NCBI RefSeq assembly: GCF_009914755.1
Contig: NC_060929.1
Length of the DNA stretch: 64,000 nt
From: the human T2T-CHM13v2.0 reference genome, Homo sapiens
Strand: one strand, 5' to 3'
Shown here: piece by piece, positions 1 to 16,628 of the stretch
Position numbering within the stretch: the stretch's first letter is position 1
Layout of the letters: every line of letters begins with the position of its first letter
The notes under the pieces: model-generated
What the model was told of the DNA's origin: nothing
Seen by the model: only the letters and a program-made list of their open reading frames with translations
The model's database searches: none
Translations under genes and position numbers: made by a program

Positions 1-271
1 ATTATGTAAAGCATAAAGTTTATTATCATGTATGATTTAAAAAGTGTTAGGGAGCTATTTTCCATTTTTTTTTTACCTCCTTCCCTCTCTGCCTGCTTCC
101 TTCCTTTTCTTCTTAATCATAAGACTAACATGTCCAATACATTTAGACTACTATTTTATGAAATATTAGAAAGTATCTATGGCCCAACCTAACTGGCTTC
201 TGTTTATCTGGGGCTCAAGTGAGGTTCTGGGCATCATTTAACACACCATGACTCTAAAATAACTACTAAGC

Positions 272-577
<306 letters not shown>

Positions 578-2754
578 TAAAATAACTATTAAGCAATAAT
601 AAAGGATAGGACTTCTTGTTAAACACATGGTCAAAGAGTTCTCACATGTATTATGGTTTTCTCCTCAAACTCCACTAAAATGATACTGAAGGAATTTGAA
701 AAACACAAACTAATAAAGGCAGAGAGAACAGGAGAGGGCTCCACAGCAAATGGGGGAACTCAACACAATGTTTGGAAGCTGGATAACAAATGAATAGGTG
801 GTAACTGATTTAGTACAGCAGAGACAGGGCAGACCTAGAGATCCATCGTGGGGGAAGACGACAAGAGGCCAGCCACGTTGCACTACAGAACTTCAGAATG
901 TCAAGACTTGAAAGCAATATGAACCCCTGAAGGCAGGGTTGTGGACTGGGCCTGAAAACGGGATGTTTTGAAAATTGCTATATAGAAAAATAAGATTCCT
1001 TTGAAGGTAGCTCATTCAAGAGAAGAAGAAAAAGAAAAAAGGCAAGGAGTTTAATTTCTTGTAAGGTTTGCTCAGTTGTGGCCAGGGATAAGATGCTGGA
1101 CCAGGAGATTAAGGGGAAGTAATGGACTGAACAGGGAAACCTCAGGCCATTTCCCTAGGGGCTCCCAGAATGCTGGCAGCCAGGCCTGTATCTTTCAAGT
1201 GAGAAACCGGGAGATCCTTCTATGGGGAAACTGACCTATCTGGGAGATGTTACCTTCAGATAGTGCACATGTTACTTGGCTAAACGTAATTTTTAAATTA
1301 AAAGCAATAGTAACAAAACACAATCAGACAATCACTTACGGCTTTGTTTGAATCTTGGCTTGCCTATCACTAACTTGTGACCTTGGGTAATTTCACCATC
1401 TTGATCTTAAAATTTCCTTAAAATTGAAAAACCTTTCACCGAGTTGTAATGAGGATGAAATCAGATACATATGTAGAAGCTCCCAGGGGATACAGAGGCA
1501 TTCAACAAAGAGCAGGGTTTTTTGTTTTTTTTTTAGTTCATAGTGATCATTAACTATAGTAAAAGTAAGTCCTCTTAGAATAATTAACCTACTCTGGCAC
1601 AGTAACCTTTAGCTGATTATTACTCTGGGCAGAATATTATATTGGCTTCCTTTAGACTCTTGCTAAGTGGGTTGTGTGCCTGAGAAATGGTGATTGAAAC
1701 TAGACATATAGATTTCTGTCTCCTTATGATAGATGAGGTAAAATAACAGTGGAAAAAGAGGGGAGCTCGAAGAAGAGGAGGAAAGAGAATTGATTTTGGT
1801 TTCCTTCAAAGGGCTGGTGTCATTTTTCTTAGATTTGTCATCATGTCTTGTTTGATCACTTGAAACCTAGGTGTCAAACACCACTGCACGTTTCACAAGA
1901 GCGGCGGGTTTTATAGAGGAATTGGAAAGGTCCGCAGATAAAGAGGAAAGGAAGCAATGGGGTTAGACTCCAGGTGCTATCCTGGAGAAGGACAGGTACC
2001 CCAGAACAGAGTGCATTGAAAAACCCTGCACAGGAAGTAGAATTAGAGGAACAGGCTGATGTGAGTATTGAGGGGACACATACCAAAGGCCCTCTAGGTT
2101 CCAAGTATTGGCCATTCGTTTTTCTCTGAAATCTTCCAACTATAACCTTCATCCAAACAGCTAGCTCATGATGCCACTATTACATACCCTGTTTGACAGA
2201 TGAGAAAACATACGCAAAGAGGTTAAGTAATTTGCCCAAGATTGACTTCTCAGCAGAGACAGGATTTGTGAATCTCACTCCAAAGTACATCTACCTTTTT
2301 TAAACTCCATTATTCCATCTCTTCCCAGGCATGAACTTATTTTTATGAAATAAGTGTATGCAAGCCCTTTGTAAGTTATAAAGTATGACATAACCTGAAG
2401 ACATTTTAGATATTATTTAACATTTGAAAGGCAAACAACCCCTGAAAATCTGAGGTGCGGTTGTGCTTATGTAACACTCAACGCATTTAGTTTGCCTTCT
2501 GCTTGTAGAGCAGGTTGAAATAGGAGAAGGGAACATGAGGCTGAAATGGACATGAAGTGGAATAGAAATAAAAGATGATGGGTTTCAGTATTTCAAGAGA
2601 AAAAGAATAACAGAATTATTTTTGTGGTAATAGAATTTGCTTAGCTTAAACACTTGTTTCTGTTGCATTACAAAATTGTATAAGTATGATGTGGATTTTC
2701 TTGGTATAAAATTAAAGAGGGATTATTTTGAGGCTGATCCACAAAAAATTTAGG

Positions 2755-2902
2755 TTCTTGCTACTCAAAGTGTGGCCTGGGACCAAGTTTTGGCTCCTCT
2801 TGGGAGCTTGCTGGAAATGCAGAATCTGGGCCCCACCTGAGTCAGACTGTGCACAGATCCCCAGGTGACGTGTATGCACATCATGGTCCCTGAAGCACTG
2901 TT
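2755..2902. mobile_element. MER5-type hAT DNA transposon relic
   Basis: Characteristic segments ctactcaaagtgtgg..gggagcttg..gaaatgcagaatct..agatccccaggtga..gaagcactg. Confidence 0.65.
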
Positions 2903-4032
2903 TTAGGCCAAAAGCTAAAGGCTGTGGGTGAAGAGAAAAGGGCATGAACCTGGGCAAGGGCTTTTCGGGGTTACATATTTTCAATGAGAATAAGGATTTT
3001 CAGGAAGTATTCTGAGTATTTTTTAAAAGAATAAACAGACTATGAACAAATCATCCCAATTGTCACAGAAGTGACTGGACTGTGGCTTGAGAGGGGGGCT
3101 GTCGTGAGCACATGTGTTATAAATGAAGCTCATTAAACAACAACAGAAGTTTAGGTATTAACAGAGATCAGGACATTCAGTGCAGCCTCCTGTTTACCAG
3201 CGACATTTAATTACCCAAAGAAGATCTGAGTGAAATCTTGAAATTTTAGCTTAAAAATTTCCCTTTAATATGTCAAGTTATAGTAAAACAAATGTGGATT
3301 TCTCTCTCTTGTCGGAAAGCAATTTAGTATTTTATAATGCTAAGGAAGAGGAAAAGGGATACCCAATATCCAACACCCTGAAGAAACCAGAAGAGAGGAA
3401 GTCTAAGGTGCCCTTAGGTGTCCTGAGTCCCCACTGGGGGCCAGATCCCATTTCCTGGCAGTCCGTTCTCACCATTTGTGACCTTGCTCTCTGCAGAGCA
3501 TGATGCTGGGAGCCAGTGGCGGGGGACGTGAGGCAGAAAGACAGTGATTCAAGGCTTCCCAGCGAGAGCTACAGGTCTCTGACCTAAAGAAAATTACAAT
3601 TCCTCAGGTCCTGAGAGAGTGAATTAACAATTTACATGCTTTCAATCAATTTATCAGCATGTATTTAGTAAACATATACTTCTTGAACAGCTCTGTGCAA
3701 GGCAGCTTATACCAGAGCACAAGCCTTAATTCTTTTCTTCCAGGATTTTTAAATCTCCATGACCAAATTGGCAGAGTGTTTCATGAAGAGGTGAATGACG
3801 TCTGCTGGGATAGGAGAGAGCACCGTCATAATTCACTGCCTGTATTTAGGTCTGAACAGTGGACAAATCACATTCAGAATCAGAGGGAAGTTATCGGTTT
3901 TCCCATTTTAGAGCCATGGAGCAGGTTGGGAGAGGTTTAGTAACCCAAGGTCACTCCTTGCTATAAATTGACAGAGCTGGAAATAAAATCTAGGTCTTCC
4001 ATCATTTAATTCCATGAGGAAAGAATAACCCA

Positions 4033-5063
4033 GATGATGATCATGATGAAGGTGATGGTGATGGTGGTGGTGATGGTGATGATGGTGGTGGTGGGGGTGG
4101 TGGTGATGGTGGGGGTGGTGGTGATGGTGGGGTGGGGCTGGTGGTGGTGGTGATGGTGACGGTGGTGGTGGTGGTGGTGGTGGTGGTGATGGTAATAATG
4201 GTGGTGGTGGTGGTGAAAATGGTGATAATGGTGACGATGGTGGTGGTGATGGTGATGGTGGTGGTGGTGATGGTGAAAATGGTGATAATGGTGATGGTGG
4301 TGGTGGTGGTGGTGATGGTGGTGGTGATGGTGGTGGTGGTGGTGAAAATGGTGATAATGGTGATGGTGATGGTGGTGGTGGTGATGGTGGTGGTGATGGT
4401 GGTGGTGGTGGTGAAAATGGTGATAATGGTGATGGTGATGGTGGTGGTGATGGTGGTGGTGATGGTGGTGGTGGTGATGGTGATGGTGGTGGTGATGGTG
4501 GTGGTGATGGTGGTGGTGGTGATGGTGGTGGTGATGATGGTGGTGGTGATGGTGGTGGTGATGATGGTGGTGGTGGTGGTGGTGGTGATGATGGTGGTGG
4601 TGATGATGGTGGTGGTGATGGTGGTGGTGATGATGGTGATGGTGGTGGTGGTGGTGAAAATGGTGATAATGGTGATGGTGGTGGTGGTGGTGGTGGTGGT
4701 GGTGATGGTGATGGTGGTGGTGATGGTGGTGGTGATGTTAATGGTGATGATGGTGGTGGTGATGATGGTGGTGGTGGTGGTGGTGAAAATGGTGATAATG
4801 GTGACGATGGTGGTGGTGATGGTGATGGTGGTGGTGGTGATGGTGGTGGTGATGTTAATGGTGATGATGGTGGTGGTGATGATGGTGGTGGTGGTGGTGG
4901 TGGTGATGATGGTGGTGGTGATGATGGTGGTGGTGATGGTGGTGGTGATGATGATGGTGGTGGTGGTGGTGGTGAAAATGGTGATAATGGTGATGGTGGT
5001 GGTGGTGGTGGTGGTGGTGATGGTAATGGTGACGGTGGTGGTGATGGTGGTGGTGATGGTGGT
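4033..5063 (+). repeat. ~1-kb degenerate (GGT/GAT)n trinucleotide tract
   Basis: Continuous GTG/ATG triplets with seven recurring GTGAAAATGGTGATAATG interruptions. Produces the spurious Val/Met ORF 4132..5097. Confidence 0.97.
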
Positions 5064-6741
5064 AAGGAAGGGTAAAAGATGGGAAAGGCAGTGCTAGGGA
5101 CTCTTCTCCTCCTTAAATAAAGAACAGTACTGCTAGCCCTTCCACTAGTGTTTGTTCTGGCTGAAGGAGAAAAGTGGGTGGCTTCAACAGACTGAAACTA
5201 AGACAAACAGAGGGACTAGGGCAAAATGTGATCTTAGCACATATGGGGATTCCCAGAGCTCCATGAAGTAGATGTAACTGAAGAATCCTCATTGTAACCC
5301 ACAACCAAAGTTAAAAAAAACCAGGAGCTTCACTAAATGTATCTGGCAAGCATTTCGTGTTCCCTCAAATAAAATAAATTCCCTTAATAAAGCCCATAGA
5401 GGCAGAGTTGGTGGCGGGGGTGGGAGGTGGAGATGGTATGTGTGATTTATTACAGAGCAAAAGGAGGGCCTTGATGGCTCTGAAGTAACTATTTACAAGT
5501 GCTGGCTCGAAAACCAAGTTATACACTGGTTTCTCTTTTTGTGCCAACCTTACATTTTTTTAAAAACATAACTTTTATGAATATCATCATTAGTGCTATA
5601 AGCACAGGGAAGTATAAGTTAATTCTACAGTAAAGTGATGATTAAATCCATTAGTCATATACAGGGAATCCAAAATTAATTTATTCTCCAGCATCAAGTA
5701 AATGATTCTACTGTGTGCCCTAAGAAAGCAATTGTTCACTAATATGCAAAATACAGCAGAACTATTAGATCATAAAGCCATGCAATCTTATAAATTATAA
5801 ATTTTACATATTTTAATAATGTGCTCTACATACTTTGTTTTCTATGCAAGATTAAAAGGAGGTGCCATGGTTTTTCTCAGACATATTAGATCTTGACCTG
5901 AGCTGTGCAATACTTAATGATAATGGATGAGTATCTACCAGGGATGACAGTAGTCTTTCAGTAGCACCAGATATTTCTTTGGATTATTGCTGAGGACTAA
6001 AATGAAGATATGCATTAGTCTTGAGTGGAGTCGCAGCTATACCCTTGGGCTTTGTTTCCCCCGCTTTTTGCTGTTACAACAACCATGGGCATCCACGTTC
6101 TCTCTTCCCAGGCCATGGGAAAGGACTGACCCCATTCACACTGCCTTGGTTGTACATGTGGGTAAAGGCAGCACGCACGCTAAATTCTCTGCAGGGGACT
6201 TATGTGCCCACATGGGCAATCTATTGTGGTTATTGTATTTTGGATTAAATAATGATGCCATTTTTTTCCCTGTGCAGAATTAAATGTGTTTGAAAGACCT
6301 GGGAAATACTACAGCTCTGGGCTGCGGGGATTGCCTCTGTAACCTTCTGTTTTTCCAAATCCTGATTACTGTGGAGCTGGTTTCTGTTCTCTCCCTCAGA
6401 GAGAGCTAACCTTTCTCTTTGATGGTTACGCTTTCAGCCTGCTTTCCAGTGTCACCACACGGGGTGAGGATCTTCTCACAAAGTAGCAAAGACAGCTGCC
6501 ACCACTCCTGGCTGATGTCATCCTCTTGAGGATGCTGTAACTGGCTCTAACCCGATCAGCTTGGCCACATGCTTTTCTGTGAAGCTATCATGGTAGCCAA
6601 TGGATGGAGCAAGCTGACGGTCCAGGCCTGGATCAGCTGCCCTCCTCTGGAGCCCAGTGGGAGCAGGGGCAGGATCAGACTCATCAAACCACATGGAGAG
6701 AAGGGGAAGAGCAAGAATCCACCAAGCAAAAGTAGGGGAGC

Positions 6742-7225
6742 GTGATGGTTAATGTTGTGTGCCAGTCTGACTGCACCACAGGATGCCCAGCTGGACTCTT
6801 GTAAACACTATTGCTGAGTGTGCCTGCGATGGGGTTTCTGGGAGAGGTTTGCATTTGAGCTGGTGGATGGAGTAAAGCAGATGGCCCTCACCAGTGTGGG
6901 CGGGCATCCTCCATTCTGTTGAGGGCCTGAGTAGAAGAAGAAGAAGGTGAATTATCTCTGCCGGATTGCTTGAGCTGGGACATCGATCCGCCCTCAGCAC
7001 TCCTGGCTCTGAGACCTTCAGACTGAGACTGGAACCTGTGCCACAGGGTCTCTGGCTCTCAGGCCACTGAACTATACCACGAACTTTTCTAGGTCTCCGG
7101 CTTATAAATGGCAGCTTGTGGGACTTCTCAGGCTCCATAATCATATGAGCCAATACCTTATAATACACCTCTTTCCAGAGATATTCATACATCCTATTGG
7201 ACTGCTTCTCTGGATGACCCTAGCT
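6742..7225 (+). mobile_element. MLT2 (ERVL) solo LTR
   Basis: Starts gtgatggttaat..; contains gagtaaagcagatggccctc, gttgagggcctga and gggacttctcagg; ends cctattgg..ttctctgga..accct. Confidence 0.8.
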
Positions 7226-7269
7226 CAGGTAATATCTGCCCCAGGAGATAGAAACAGAAGTCTGAAGGT

Positions 7270-7769
<500 letters not shown>

Positions 7770-8069
7770 ACTCTTACAATAGGGTTTGGTATATCATTAG
7801 AGTTATGGCAATCTCAACCAATCAGAAGCCCATTCCTCTACCTGGAATTACTATTCTAATGTGTTCTTCCACTTTAATTAAAGGAGGCAAAATTGGTTCC
7901 CTTGACTCTGGTCTCTACTTTTTTCTCCATTTTCTAACTAAAGCTGTAGAAAGACATAGCAAATTAACATTGTATTTTCATCTGTTTTAGAGAAGTAATG
8001 AAGTATTTTCTATTTTTAAACATCCTGGCTAGTATTTGCTTTCTAAACCCAAAACAATCATGTTACTTC

Positions 8070-9423
<1,354 letters not shown>

Positions 9424-9617
9424 TAGTCACACATATATTGGGTGACTATCATGTTCCAGGCCCTCAAATAGGATATACGAAAAGGTTAATAATAGGTAAT
9501 CCTTGCCCTTAAAAGTAAATTCTATTGATGATTTCACACTGTTTACAGCAGTTTCTCAAGGTGTGATCCACTGACGTCCCCTCCGCATTTCTGGTATGGA
9601 TTAGAACTACAGTGGAC

Positions 9618-10230
<613 letters not shown>

Positions 10231-10331
10231 GAACTATGGTGACCCAGGTAGGTGTGAGCTCACTTAGAGTAGAGTGAGAGCAACACAGGAAAGCTGCTCA
10301 GGGAAAACCAGGTTCCTGTTTGGTGCTGGAA

Positions 10332-10775
10332 ATTGTCGATGAAGAGAGTCAAATTCTGATATTTGGAGATTTACCCTTAGCCAAATGTGAGGACCATGAC
10401 CCGTGACACAGCCCCAGGAAGTCCTGAGAACCTGTGCCCAAAGTGTTCAGGCTACAGTTTGGTTTTACACATTTTAGGGAGACATGAGACATCAATCAAT
10501 ATATGTAAAATGTACATTGGTTCAGTCCGGAAAGGTGGGACATCTCGAAGCGGGTTGTTGGGGGGTTTCCGGGTCATAGATGAATTCAAAGATTTCCCGA
10601 TCGGCAGTTGGTTGAAAGAGTTAAATCATTATCTAAAGACCTGAAATCAACAGAACAGAGGGTCTGGGTTCAGGGGTTGTGGAGACCAAGGTTTTTATTA
10701 CGCAGGTGAAGCCTCCAGGTAGTAGGCTTCGGAGAAAATAGATTGTAAATGTTTCTTATCAGACTTAAAAAGAAT
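10332..10775 (-). mobile_element. MER4-family (ERV1) LTR fragment
   Basis: gagtcaaa..ccaaatgtgag..gtgacacagcccc..gtcctgagaac..attttagggagacatgagacatcaatc..aaatgtttcttatcagactt. Confidence 0.75.
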
Positions 10776-11009
10776 CCAGACCCACTGGGCGCCGTGGCTC
10801 ACGCCTGTAATCCCAGCACAGTGGGAGGCTGAGCTGGGTGGATCACCTGAGGTCAGGAGTTCAAAACCAGCCTGGACAACATGGTGAAACCCTGTCTCTG
10901 AGAACTGCTTGAACCTCAGAGGCGGAGGTTGCAGTGAGACAAGATCGTACCACTGCCCTCCAACCTGGGCGACTCTGTCTCAAAAAAAAATAAAATAGAT
11001 AAAATTGAA

Positions 11010-12050
11010 AAAGAGGATGCTGAAGCTTAGAATGGGGACATCTGGTGGGACTCAGATGAAACTGAGAATCTTGAATCCACAAGTCACTCTGAGCCTCTTT
11101 TGCCAAACGAAGGAGCTTGCTCTGTTGTGTCTAAGGAGACTAGCTGCCCTTTTCTTGAAAACTGTATGACAATCTCACATGAGGAGATGCCTATTCTCCT
11201 TCAGACCCACCACAACTACCACCAGTTGGCACCAGACTCACAACTAGGATCTTAGATTTTTAGTACCCACTATGGCCTAGAATGAGATTGCTTTTACACC
11301 AAGAGAACTGCAAGATGTTGCCAATCTATGTTGGCAGAAACCTAGGGAGTGTGTGAGCGTGTCAGACCAAGGCAGGCAGAAGAACATGACCTACAGTAGA
11401 CTGAACTCCCTGACCTAGGTACACTAAGATTTTGGATATCACGTGTTAGTTTGCTTAACTGGAGGTGGCTCTCAAAGCTTATTTGGTTGGTGGCTGGAAC
11501 TAGGACTCCATGGTGGCCTAAGATGAGTGGGCAGAGATGCCAGAGCTGCCCTGGCATGGTTGGAGGAGGGAATCTGAAGGCCTAGGGAGACGAAATGTTG
11601 AAAGGATTTTTACCACGGCAACCTGCACGCCTACCCACCAACTACATCCCCCAGGAGACCCCAGAAAATGCCTTCTTTACTAAGGTGTTGAGAAATACAT
11701 TCATGGGGGGAACACCTGCATCCTTAGAAGGTCTGTGGCTTTCTCCTTTGTAGGCCAGGTATGATGGATCGGGGGTGTGGCCACCATTGATGTGAGCTCC
11801 CAACAGCAGAAGCCAAGAGGCAGTGCCCAACCTCCAGACGCAGTGCGAGCATGCCCGCCATCACGGACCGCAGCACGTGCCTGTGGTCAGCAAGCCCTGG
11901 CCTGTAGGAGGTTTGGCAGAGACTAACTGTCCCAAGGTCTGTGCGACTGAAACAGATGAGAAGCCTGCTAGAACACTGCCTGGGAACTCACCTCACAACA
12001 AAGGGAGTGGAGCACTGGGTTCAGGCCCATAGAATTCACTTCAAGGAGAA
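11010..12050 (+). mobile_element. Degraded ERVL-class internal (gag-region) sequence
   Basis: Near 11293 it translates FTPRELQDVANLCWQKPRE, resembling the ERVL gag YTPKEL..NLY.QKPGE. Many stops and frameshifts. Confidence 0.55.
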
Positions 12051-12584
12051 GGAAAAAAAGCAGAGACACAGACGGCAGCAAAGGCAAGAAACCAGCAGCC
12101 CCAGGGAAAGCAGCAAGGCCAGCTTTGTGCTCCATTTGGCAAATTGCTAAGGTAACTGAACAAAATATAACTAATGAACAATTACAGTGAAGTTCATAAT
12201 TAGCTCCTTGAAACACCTGATAAAAAATATTTCAGATTCTTTTTTAAAACAACCATACTCAAGTGAGGTGAGGAGAGGCCGACCCAGGAATTGGAGAAAG
12301 CTATGAATGGTTCCTCTGGTTTGAAAGGAACAAAGCCCCCTAAATCATTATCCAGGTAACAGCACTGGCCTCCCAGAGCTGATATGCTAATTTGAAGGAG
12401 AGAGTGAATGTGAGTGGCTAACTCGAGGCTTGACATGTAGTACATGAACAAGAAATACTTGTTCCTTCCCTCCTGTTGGGCAAGAAGTTCACTGAGGGTA
12501 GACAATGCCATCCATTACTGTCTATATTCTGTGGGGCCTTCTCTGGGAGCCTGACACCAAGAGATTCTTAGAAAGTATAGCTAA

Positions 12585-12886
<302 letters not shown>

Positions 12887-13159
12887 TGAGAATATCCTTG
12901 TTTTCAGGAATTCACAATAGAGTATTTAGGGACAAAGGCACATTGTGTGTGCAGTTGACTCAAACCATTTAGAAAAAAAATACACATAAGTACGTGTGTA
13001 TGTGTGTGTACGTAAGGAGAGAGAAAAGGATTAAGCAAATGTCACATAATGCCAACATTTGGGCAGTTTGAGTGAAGATTATCTAGAATTGTTAGTGCTA
13101 TTTTTGAAACTTTAATTTGAAATTATATCAAAACACAGAAAGTAAAGGAAAGGAATACA

Positions 13160-13410
13160 GATACTTGCTTCCCAGTTTCCTCTAGAGCTAGCGGTGGCCA
13201 TGAGATACAGTTCTTAGCCAATGAGTCGGAGGAGAAGGCTGCTGACAATCTTTCTGGGGAGAAACTTCCCCCTGGTCAAATAAGAACGGGCTTCAAAGAG
13301 ACTTCTCACTGCACTGGCTGCCTCATTGCTTTAAGTATTTGAGGATGTGGTGCCGGAGCTGCAGCAGCCATCTTGTGACCATGAGGAAAAGCCCAAGAAA
13401 CTCACAAAGC
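13160..13410 (+). mobile_element. LTR33/LTR16-type (ERVL) LTR relic
   Basis: gctag..gtggccatgagatacagttct..gccaatgag..ggagctgcagcagccatcttgtgaccatgagg. Confidence 0.6.
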
Positions 13411-13766
13411 TTTCCCCATGTATGAGTTTCCGTGACACTGTTGCCCCACTTATGTTACATAGGATCATTCAATTCCTATACTCCTTCAATCCCACTCATC
13501 ATTCCAGGCCCAGTGTCAGAACCTGTATCACTCAGGACCAGGGGGACAGAGCAGCCCCCATGTCAAACATGACCAAAGGGAAAAGAGAGCTTTGGAGACT
13601 CTTACATCAGCAATTAAGACCTGTGACGTAAAAATGATACGTCCCTTCCACTCACAACTCATTGGCCTTCATACAGCACATGGCCCAGCCTTGATTCCAC
13701 AATTCTTATTCTTGAGGGGTTTTCATGCCTAAGTTTTGCCTCTTTTCCTCAACTATAAATTCCTCA

Positions 13767-14096
<330 letters not shown>

Positions 14097-14169
14097 CTAG
14101 AAATCAGATTTTACAATTCAGGTAAAACATACATTTATAGTCCACAGCAAAAATTTTAACTGTACATCT

Positions 14170-14850
14170 CAAATATCTTTATTATGGTAAAATATACATA
14201 ACGTAAAACTTGCCACTCCACCCATTTTTAAGTGTACAGTTCAGTGGCATTAAGTACATTCACAGTGTTATGCAAAAGTCACCACCATCCATTTCTAGAA
14301 ACTTTTCATCATTCCAAACTAAAACTATGTACCCATTAAATATTCACTCCCCATTCCTTCTCTCTCCCCTTCCCTGAATAAGCTCTGGTCTACTTTCTGT
14401 CCCTGTGAATGTGACTATTCTGGGTATTTCATGTAAGTGGAATCATACAGTATTTGTCATTTTGTGACCAGTGTCTGTCACGATAATGGGTTCAAGGTTC
14501 ATACACATTGCAGTGTGTGTCAGAACTTCATTCCTTTTCGTGGCTGAATAACATTCTATTGTAGGGACAGAACAGTAACCATTCATCAGCAAATGCTTGT
14601 GTTGTTTCCACCTTTTGGTGGTTGTGAATAACGCTGCTACAAACATTAGCTTACAAGCATCTGCTTCTGTCCTTGCTTTCAGTTCTTTTGGGTATATACC
14701 TAGGAGTGCAATTCCTGGCTCACAGGGTAATTACATGTTTAACTTTTTGAGGAGCCACCAGTGTGTTTCCACAGCAGCTGCCCCAATTTACATTCCCACC
14801 AGTAAGGCACCAGGGTTCAGTTTCTCCATATCCTCACCAAAGCCCAAGTT
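14170..14850 (-). mobile_element. Old L1 (L1MB-like) 3' end
   Basis: ttttaagtgtacagttcagtggcattaagtacattcaca..aagtggaatcatacagtatttg..tttgggtatatacctaggagtg. Confidence 0.8.
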
Positions 14851-16490
14851 TTTGCTACACATATATGAACTCAAGTAACCACCACGTGGATAAAGACATC
14901 TAACATTTCCTGCATCCCAGAAGGTACCCTCATGGAAACCGGTATTGTTGCAAGCTCCCCAGCAGCCAGGGTCAAGAACCACGTCTTAAACTTTTAGGGG
15001 TTCTATCTCTGTCAAGGTTGGCTAACTCTCAACCTAAGAATAAGCCTCAAGTCTGAAGATGGAACATTAAAAATGACATTGTCACCTTGACAGAGTGGTT
15101 AATAACACCCCAGCGGGCCGGAGCCCATCAATCATGGGCTGCTGCCTTCTGTTTCGAGAGCTGAGGAAGACACCAAGATGGAAAGGAGGGAGGCAGCACA
15201 GGACAAGCTGGAGTGGCTGCCTAGGCACAGAAATCCCATACCACGCCTCCCCAGGCCTCTCCCCAGACTGGGAACAATAAATCTAGCAGCCAGATAGAAG
15301 CACTGCCCTCCCTGAATTCAATTTGCAAGGTCAACCAGGCCTAACAGAATTGTGACATCGGCGTCGCAGTCATTTACAACCCACTCTTGCCGTGTCTGAA
15401 CATGAAAGCAATTATGTGATACATACTTTGGCAAGAACCTGAAGCTCCCATCAAGGGCGAGAGAAACACTGTCGAGTCAGGATATGTAAAGAAAGAACAA
15501 AGGAAAAGAAGGAAAGCCATAAAGACACATTCATAATGAAAATTTGAAAATTTCCACTTCCTTAGAAATCACATAAGAAGACTTAAGAGTCAGAAACCTT
15601 TTGAAAGCTCCATTGTCTTAAAAGTATAAATAGTATCTTTTTAGAAACCCACAATTTCAATCAAGCTGGAATAATGGGAAGTACCATTCATTGAACGTTG
15701 TCTTTTGAAATTTCATGACACATGAAATGATTCTCACTCAAAATCGAATTAGAGGCTCAAGCATGTGAGTTTGTGACAATGTCAAAGTGACTTGGAAAAT
15801 GTACACGTAATTGATCTTCTTCACTGGGGTATGATTTTTTTGATCAATCTAGATATTCAGGAAGTACCCACGATATCAAAAGAGGGAGTCTCACTATCCT
15901 TCTTGGGAACTCTTTCCAAAAGGGCTGGCCCTAGCCCATGTGACCTTGGGCAAGCTCCCTGAACTTGGGCCTTATTCCCCATCTTCCAAATAGGGATAAT
16001 GATGACACCTACCTTCTAGGGTTATACTCAGGATCGTGGCCCTGGAACAGCACCCAGCATATGGTATGTACTACAGCAGTGTTAGCTATTATTGGCAGGA
16101 AATGGCTAGGCCCCAAGGGCTCAGCAGAACCCAGCCCAAAGCCCACACAACTGTGACTCCAGCCCCTGAAGTCAGTGGTCTCAGGCCCTGTTGCAAAAGG
16201 ACAGCTCGGCAGACCACACAGTAGAAGCCATATCCTTTAGCCACCAGACAGCCCAGCGGACAAAAGCCTTAGCAACAGGCACAGAGAGGACCCAGGAGTC
16301 GTTACCAAAACTGCAGTTCCCTCCACCCCAGCCTGGGTGAGGCAGGAGCACCCACCACCTCCCTCTTCAAATGCCTTCTTTCAGGTGCCAGTTCCCACCG
16401 GCAGCCCTTAAGCACAGCTTGCCTGCAAGCCAGGGACTCCTGCGCCAGGCCATTCAAGGTTTCCATCCTCCCTGTGCCAGCCAGTCCGAC

Positions 16491-16628
16491 TCAGAAGCCA
16501 TTCAGCTCAGGGATGTCCCAGTACAGATGCAGGGCCTCGGGGTTCGAGAAAGCACCTCGTTGCTCCATGGCTTTTCGAGCGATGATCTGTTTGACGGCAA
16601 CTTCCACTTTATTGCCACTGAGCGTGTA
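16491..16628 (-). pseudogene. AACSP1: AACS-like terminal pseudo-exon 18, coding part to TGA
   Basis: tcgcag|TACACGCTC.. encodes [45 protein letters not shown], matching the AACS C-terminus. Confidence 0.93.

Noticed and set aside
1830-3600. Possible exons of another gene or pseudogene (ag...GAT|gtgagt at ~1832-2060 on +; ag...ATG|gtgaga at ~3470-3577 on -)
   Set aside because: Plausible splice-like ends, but I recognised no protein similarity and some frames have stops. Cannot be supported without RNA or homology data.
4132-5097. 321-aa Val/Met-rich ORF
   Set aside because: By-product of a stop-free triplet repeat; no splice, promoter or protein-family context.
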